This document shows positions 57,630 to 64,000 of a stretch of DNA of 64,000 nt, one piece after another. The translations under genes and the position numbers were made by a program. The first letter of the stretch is position 1. Every line of letters starts with the position of its first letter. This DNA comes from the human T2T-CHM13v2.0 reference genome, Homo sapiens. The notes below the pieces were generated by a model. It saw only the letters and a list, made by a program, of their open reading frames with translations, was not told the DNA's origin and ran no database searches. The stretch lies in NCBI RefSeq assembly GCF_009914755.1, contig NC_060928.1; one strand, written 5' to 3'.

Positions 57630-57860
57630 TAATACATGTTGCCTACTTATTATATATAAGGCGTTATTCTAAGTACTTAGTAAATATTAAATCATTTAAT
57701 CCTTACAACAACCACATGAGGTAGGTTTATTATCTCCATAATGAAAATTAGAAAATAGATTCTCAAAATTTTAAATAACTTGCCCAAAATCATATATAAG
57801 TAGGTGTTAGAAATTTGTTTCAAGTATACAGGCTTTAAAATTCCTCCAAGGTAGTATAAC
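57630..57860 (-). mobile_element. MIR
   Basis: tcatttaatccttacaacaaccacatgaggtagg…attatctccat…aataacttgcccaaaatcat. Confidence 0.85.
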
Positions 57861-59019
57861 AGACATTGTATATAATTAGCATGATCATTCTTCATGTGTT
57901 CATTGCGTTTCCTAAGCTCTTTGAATCCATTTATTAGCAATTTATATAGTTCTTGCAGTTACTGCTCTAAGCATGAAACATGCCAAAAAATAATCAACTT
58001 TAGCAGACACTCCACTGTTGAACACCATATCCTTCATCTTAGAGTCTGAAGCCATTTGTAACTGAGGGGCTACTCTAATTGCCCTTGGCATTTCTCTCAT
58101 CCTCTGCTTGTTTTGAATAAACTTTGGAACATAGGTGAGTACTCACTTTCTGTTTAGGAAGGCCTGAGATCATCATATATCAAAAAGCTAGAACCCTAAG
58201 AAAAATCTTAAATAAATTTTTGCTGAAATGTTGTCAATTCGGACATTGATTTCCAATTACTTTTTAAAGAAAAAATTCAGTCTTTTTCAGTGTAAGAATT
58301 GAAAGCAAAGATTTTCTGGCTAAAGGTAAAAATTATATTTCTATAAAACATAATACTTTTGCATTTAATTTTTAAAATATCAGCATAATACCCTATCTGC
58401 ATTCAAAATGAGAAATAAAGGACATTAATTTATAACACAATAATAATTCTTTAGTTTAATTTCTACAACATGATTATGCTAGAAAACCTGATACAGTTGT
58501 TAAATGGTTGTACTGAGAAGGAAAATCCATACTAACATAACAGGTACAGATATGCACTGTCACCTATTGCATTGTATTTAAACTCAATTATCTCAAATAT
58601 AATGTGCTGTGATGCTGGGGGTGATTTATTTTTCAAAAATAGTGAAGAACTATTGGTAACTTTCTGAACAAACTAAGTACAATTTTATCTCAAGAATACA
58701 ACCTGAATGAAATAAATTGTAAATTCATTGTGTAATAAAGACAGGTAAAATTTTCCTTATCTTCATCTTCTAATCAGAGCTATATTCTAGACACAGGTAA
58801 CAGATTTTTATATACATGAATCAATGACAAGACAGTTAAAAGTTGTAAGGTATACAAGAAAACACTTTCATGAGGGTATGACTGTTGGGTTTGTTGCAGT
58901 TTTTATAGCAGCTCTAGCTTCTGCTTTCTAAAAGCAAGTATCATCCCTTCCCCAATCATTTCACAAATGAAAATAAACCTGAAAATCTTTAGGATTACTA
59001 CAGATCTATAGTAACACGA

Positions 59020-59940
59020 GTAAAGGCAGAGGAAATGAGTAGAGGTGCAAGTTGGTTGGCTAAGGTGTGGAGAGGAGCTAGTAGGATCAATTCTATTTTC
59101 CAACTGTGAGAATGGGGAGGACATATTGGAAGTTGAGGAGGAAAGAAAATCTCTGAGTAAGTGGCTGTAATGAATTAAAGAAATATTGTCTTAAATACTA
59201 CAACAACTGAATACCACTGTGTGAAGACCACAGCATTTGTTTAAGAAACTTTGAGGCTTTCTGTTTATATATATCTTACAGTGTTTTTGTTTGTTTGTTT
59301 GAAATGTGTAAGCTTTGATTTAAACCGTTTACTTCAATATATTAATGATATAGTAAAAATATGTATTGAAAGGCAAATTAGTGTATTTTAATGTTATACC
59401 TGTCATTTTTTTTTCCTAGAATATATTCTTTGCATCTAACTGCCAGTGCCATTGTCAAAACTTATTTTTTAAATTGTTGTACATTTCTTATTAAACTAAG
59501 GGCTTAATTTTAAAGTATTATGTTGCGATCATATAGTGTATAAAATGTATAATTGCCAATTGATTGTAACTATTATTTATTTTTAAATAAAAGTATAAGA
59601 ATGCTTTCTGATTCAAGAAATTTGTTATCAAACTGTTTCTTTATCCTCTTTTCTGATGTAGCATAAAAGTTGTCCCTGTTTGAGCTGTAACTGCCAGTAG
59701 ATGACCAGTCACAAGTGAACCACTTCCCAGTTGCCAGTCTTTGCTCATATCAAACACTACTTACAAATGCTTAGTTTTTGTATCTAATCTCTCATTATTA
59801 AAATGGTTATAAAGTTTATTTTTACCAAAGAGGATGCTATTCATTATGACAAAGTATTGCATAATAACTTTGTTTTATAACAAAAAAAGGAAATGTTGTA
59901 AGATTGTTGAGAAGAGTTATAGGCTCAGATAATGCTAGCG
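59020..59940 (-). mobile_element. L2 fragment split by a retrocopy insertion
   Basis: Antisense L2-like gagg…ggaagttgaggag…gtggctgtaatgaattaaagaaatattgt resumes as aagattgttgagaagagttataggctcag after the insert. Confidence 0.55.
59190..59886 (+). pseudogene. 3'UTR-only processed retrocopy; parent unconfirmed, resembles my recollection of the PPP1R2 3'UTR
   Basis: AU-rich mRNA-like sequence; degenerate polyA signal aataac (59863) followed by an A-run; TSD aaagaaatattgt (59177-59189) / aaggaaatgttgt (59887-59899). Confidence 0.7.
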
Positions 59941-60009
59941 ATCCAAAAATTGAGATCAGTCTTATGACTTTATAACTTCTTGCTTGCCAAATTACCTACA
60001 TGAGGTGGA

Positions 60010-60435
60010 ATTAACCAGACTTGAGCAATCTGAGCTTGAGAAGAGGAGCGTTTAATGAAAGAACTATTTTTAAAAGTCTAAAGGAGGAAAACCATAAGGG
60101 AGAGTGAGAACAGGGCATCATTTTTTTCTCCTAATCTTGAAGGGGGCAAGAGGAGGAATGTACAGATTGGGAAAAAACTGTGTGAAGAAGCCGCCTGATA
60201 GAAGTGTTGATCTAGAAAATGCTAACCCATAGTAGCTTCACAGGGAGAATGCTTGAGGAATAAATATACCAAACCCACTCTTCTCTCTCTTTCTCTCAGA
60301 TCTTCTATAACTGAGTCCCATTGACTGCATCCAATCAGAGGATAGTACAAGAAAATTGTTGATGTAGCCTGTGTTAATCACTATCTGGGACACAGAACAG
60401 AATGGAGAAGCATAGAGAGTAAATTTGAAGATGTG
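60010..60435 (-). mobile_element. Old MaLR LTR (MLT1M/N-like)
   Basis: aataaatataccaaacccactcttctc…agatcttct…cccattgactgcatccaatcagagg…ttgatgtagcc…gggacacagaacagaatggagaag. Confidence 0.6.
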
Positions 60436-60799
60436 GGAGATGAGGGTCAGATTATGGGACACATGGGCTTCTCAGTAGATAAGAATTCAGGTTATGAGAG
60501 ATGACCCAGGAGCCTAGGATTTTGTGTGACCTGCATAAACAGGGGAAGAAGGGTCTGATAGGATTAGTCTAAATGGTCTTGATAAGTTTTGATGGGGTAA
60601 CTGTGAATGTAAGAGTTGAGAGGAAATAGGAATAGCAAACTCTCCAAGGATCATATGAACCTCTAGGGCCCTCAATTTGTTATACTTTGTGTATACTTTA
60701 CATATATTTAGTTCCACAAAATTTTTGACTAATTTTAAATGTAAAAAGTGCATTTAATACTTAAGGAACATTTTAATAATAAAAATAAAATCTGTATTT

Positions 60800-61000
60800 A
60801 TCACATTTTAATAAGTTGTGCTATGTTCCATGTACATTATATGAACTAATCATTTGATACTTCACACAAAACCATATAAAGTGTGAAATTCTATCATTCC
60901 CATTTTATAGTCATTGAAATTGAGGCAAAAAGAGATTAAGTAACTTGCCATGCTTACACAGGAAGTTAATGACAGAATGTAAACCCACCTTATATTGACT
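60800..61000 (-). mobile_element. MIR
   Basis: tcccattttatag…gaaattgaggcaaaaagagattaagtaacttgcc. Confidence 0.8.
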
Positions 61001-61229
61001 ATTAAAAGCCTAACAAACATGCAAGAAAGAATTATATTAATTATCAGTTATGAAAATGATAATATTAGTAAGGAAAACTTTCTGAATTATAAAATATTTT
61101 AAGAGTAATTTCAAAAATTACATTTTAAAATAATACATGTCACCTAAGACATTAATAGATTTATGTAATTTAATGAGTTAACTCATTAAAATATTAAATC
61201 AACCTATAAAAGTAATACACTAAGGTGGT

Positions 61230-61460
61230 TATGTGTACAAGATACAGAATTGAATTCCCTGGAGTTAAGTCCCTGTCAAGGAGGCCTTGGAAAATCTTCT
61301 CTAACTTCCAGAATTCTCGGCTGCGGAGTGGAAATGCTAATACAGTAGAATCAAACCTAAGGTGTTGCTATGAGAAATAAATGAGAAATGTAATGTAATA
61401 CTCTTAAGAGACTGTTTGGCCCCTAGAAACTGCTCAATGCATGTTGTAATTAGTAATTTA
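61230..61460 (+). mobile_element. MIR
   Basis: gccttggaaaatcttctctaac…ggtgttgctatgagaaataaatgagaaatg…tgctcaatgcatgtt. Confidence 0.65.
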
Positions 61461-63339
61461 TTGTAATTCAAACCATTAGGAGTTTGGACTGGAGATGTAC
61501 TGGAGAAAATGACAATGAGTCAGGAGTTTATATCTTCAAGGACTGAGGGGAAACTTATAATAATAATCTTGTCACAAGTGTACTCTCCCTTTAATAATTA
61601 TTTGCTAAACCCACCAGTTTGAACATAGAATTGCTATTGGAGCTAAACAGAATTTTAATGAATATCAAACATAGCATTTTCTAAATTAGTTGGGTCTTTG
61701 TTAATGAAAATTTTGTGTGATCAGTTTGTGATCAGTTTGTTATCAAGTCTAATTGAATTAGATCATGATCTTTTGGAGGATGGTGAGATTACTGAACAAT
61801 TGTCAGAGAAGATCATCACGGCAACTTAGAAAAGAAAAAGTTATAAGTAATTCATTTAAAAGTGGTTTAGAGTTGCTTACTATGTAATATATATACATAT
61901 ATGTATATACATTATTTATGTATATTTTTTCAAAGCTTGAGACTTAGTAAAAATAAAATAGTCTTCTATAGCAGTAAAATTGCCTATTTTCAAATTGAAG
62001 TTCTAGGAGAAGATTAATTTTATTAAAACTTCCACTTAATAGGAAATCACATGTGAAATATTCAGTTTCTTTATTTAGGGAACACTTTATTAATGCTTCC
62101 AACTTATTCCCAAAACATGTAGACCTTAATGTAGACAGTAATGTTACTTGGCCTTACCTACCTATGATCAGACCATTTTCAGTGACTTCTAGATCACAGG
62201 CTCCATGATAATGGTCCTTGATTTCTCTTTCTCTCCTCAGTGGTAGATGTTGTCAAGGCTTGAGCGTCATTACTCCCTGACGTTTCAAGAGCCAAATCGC
62301 TTTTTATTTTAATTGTAATTTAAATCTACTTACAAGTGTACAGAATGAATAATCAAAAGAACTCAATGGATTAGGATAATGTTTTTTGTTCCAGAAGCCT
62401 CTCTTATTAACATTTTGCCTTTTGTATTAACATCTGATTTTGCATTGCCATCTGAGTTCCCATTTTTATGTAAATAATGGCTGACCTCTGGCACTCAATG
62501 TGTTATTAAAAATGCACTCTTGGAAGCACATGTATTTACTAATTAGAACCACTCAGAGGCTTTGCAGGAACAGTAAAGAATAGCATTTGTGACAATTAAG
62601 TTTTACCACCTCTTACTGTTGCTGAAATTTTAAAATGTTATTTGTTCAACCAAAGTCTATTTTTCAAAATGATGTTTAAAACATATTTTGCCAAAGATGC
62701 TTGGAAAATAACTTAGTGAAATATTACTCTGTGGAGCTAAAAGATTCTGGGCGCAATAAATCTAATATAAATTTTAAATATGGCATTTTTCTACTAATGT
62801 TTATATGTAGAAGAACTTAGACATTGTTGCTGTGTGGAAGGCTTAAATTTTATTCCTATCAATAACATCAGTGAAAATTAATCTGCAAAGTAGATCTCGT
62901 AAGGTCATTCTTCAGAAGTTTCTAATTCCAATTTATTTTGAATTGATTTTTGCTTTAAAATATTTTTTAAATCACATTTTTTTTAAATTTTGAGCCCCAC
63001 AGAAAAAATTACATTATTACTCTATTTACTTCTGTATTTGAACAGATTAAATATTAACAAGTTGGAATTTCTCTAACTTTTATAGATCATGCCTTGTGTT
63101 ATTGAGAATACAATGTCTTAGGGCATCTTATTATTTTAATGATTTAGGTAGAGTGAACTACTTTTAAAATTCACGGGGTAATGTTAATAACCATTTATGG
63201 GTTTTTAAAATAGATGCTTAAAACATTTAGATTTGTTCTCTCTCTCGTCTGATCAAATAAACAATTCAGTTCATTATAATTACTCTTACATTCGGACATG
63301 TATGTGTGTGAGAGTGTGTGTAACAGTATTAAAATGTTA

Positions 63340-64000
63340 GCAAATTATATATTTATAATTAAAATGTAACATATTCTCAGATGTGAAAAAACAGAAAACA
63401 CAGAAGATTTTAAAGGAAAAGTTGCCCACAAACCCACCACACAGACATAACTGCTTTTAACAATTTGTTACATAATCTTCCACACTTTCTTCTGTTTATA
63501 ATTTTGTGTGTCTATATACCCAATGCCTCCATCTCAAAAAATAAGATCAAACTTCCACTTTTTATAATCTGGTTGTTTTGAACCAACATTATATGGTGAC
63601 TATTTCATGAGTTAATAAAGAATTGTTATTATCTTTATGATGACAACGTTGCTTTATATTATGTTGAGATTTCATAATTTATTTAACCAAGCCTTTCTCA
63701 ATTGACATGTTAGTTGATGTTGCTATTTTTACGCCATAAATAATAATGTGAAAAATATTTTTTGTACATCTTTGCACTTTTCCGATTATTTTTCTTTGCA
63801 TAAATCACTGGAGGTGAAATTGCTAGGTCAAAGTGTATGCACATTTTTAATTTTTATGCATATTGGCTTTCAGTAAGGTCGAGCAAATTTTCACACTGGT
63901 CAATAGTATATGACGGTGGTTATTTCCATATGCCCTCACTAATCAAAGTGGGTTAAAGTGTCAATGAGGAGAAATGGTATCTCTAGCTTGCCTTTAATAA
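63340..64000 (-). mobile_element. L1ME-type 3' region (runs off the window)
   Basis: cccaccacacagacataactg…ataatttatttaaccaa…ataaatcactggaggtgaaattgctaggtcaaagtgtatgcacattttt…gagaaatggtatct. Confidence 0.8.

Overview
This is AT-rich primate (very probably human) intergenic or deep-intronic DNA, dominated by interspersed repeats: L1, Alu, L2, MIR, MaLR/ERV LTRs and DNA-transposon fossils. I see no intact protein-coding gene, RNA gene or CRISPR array. Almost all listed ORFs are repeat-derived or spurious. The informative features are fossils. (1) A decayed processed pseudogene of AGAP1, copied from a short isoform with an alternative last exon, sits inside the ORF1 region of an old L1 (~19.5-20.7 kb). 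(2) An LTR40-type (class III/ERVL-like) proviral remnant carries a recognisable gamma-type env, with SU CXXC, ISD-like and CX6CC motifs (~48-50.6 kb). (3) A 3'UTR-only retrocopy with target-site duplication (TSD) splits an L2 (~59.2-59.9 kb). (4) Smaller items are a twin-primed L1, a 94-bp MER1 mini-element, a long (GGAA)n tract grown from an Alu tail, local tandem duplications and a candidate 33-nt exon. I found no convincing novel functional system. Repeat subfamily and parent-gene calls come from my recognition of consensus sequences, not from a database search.
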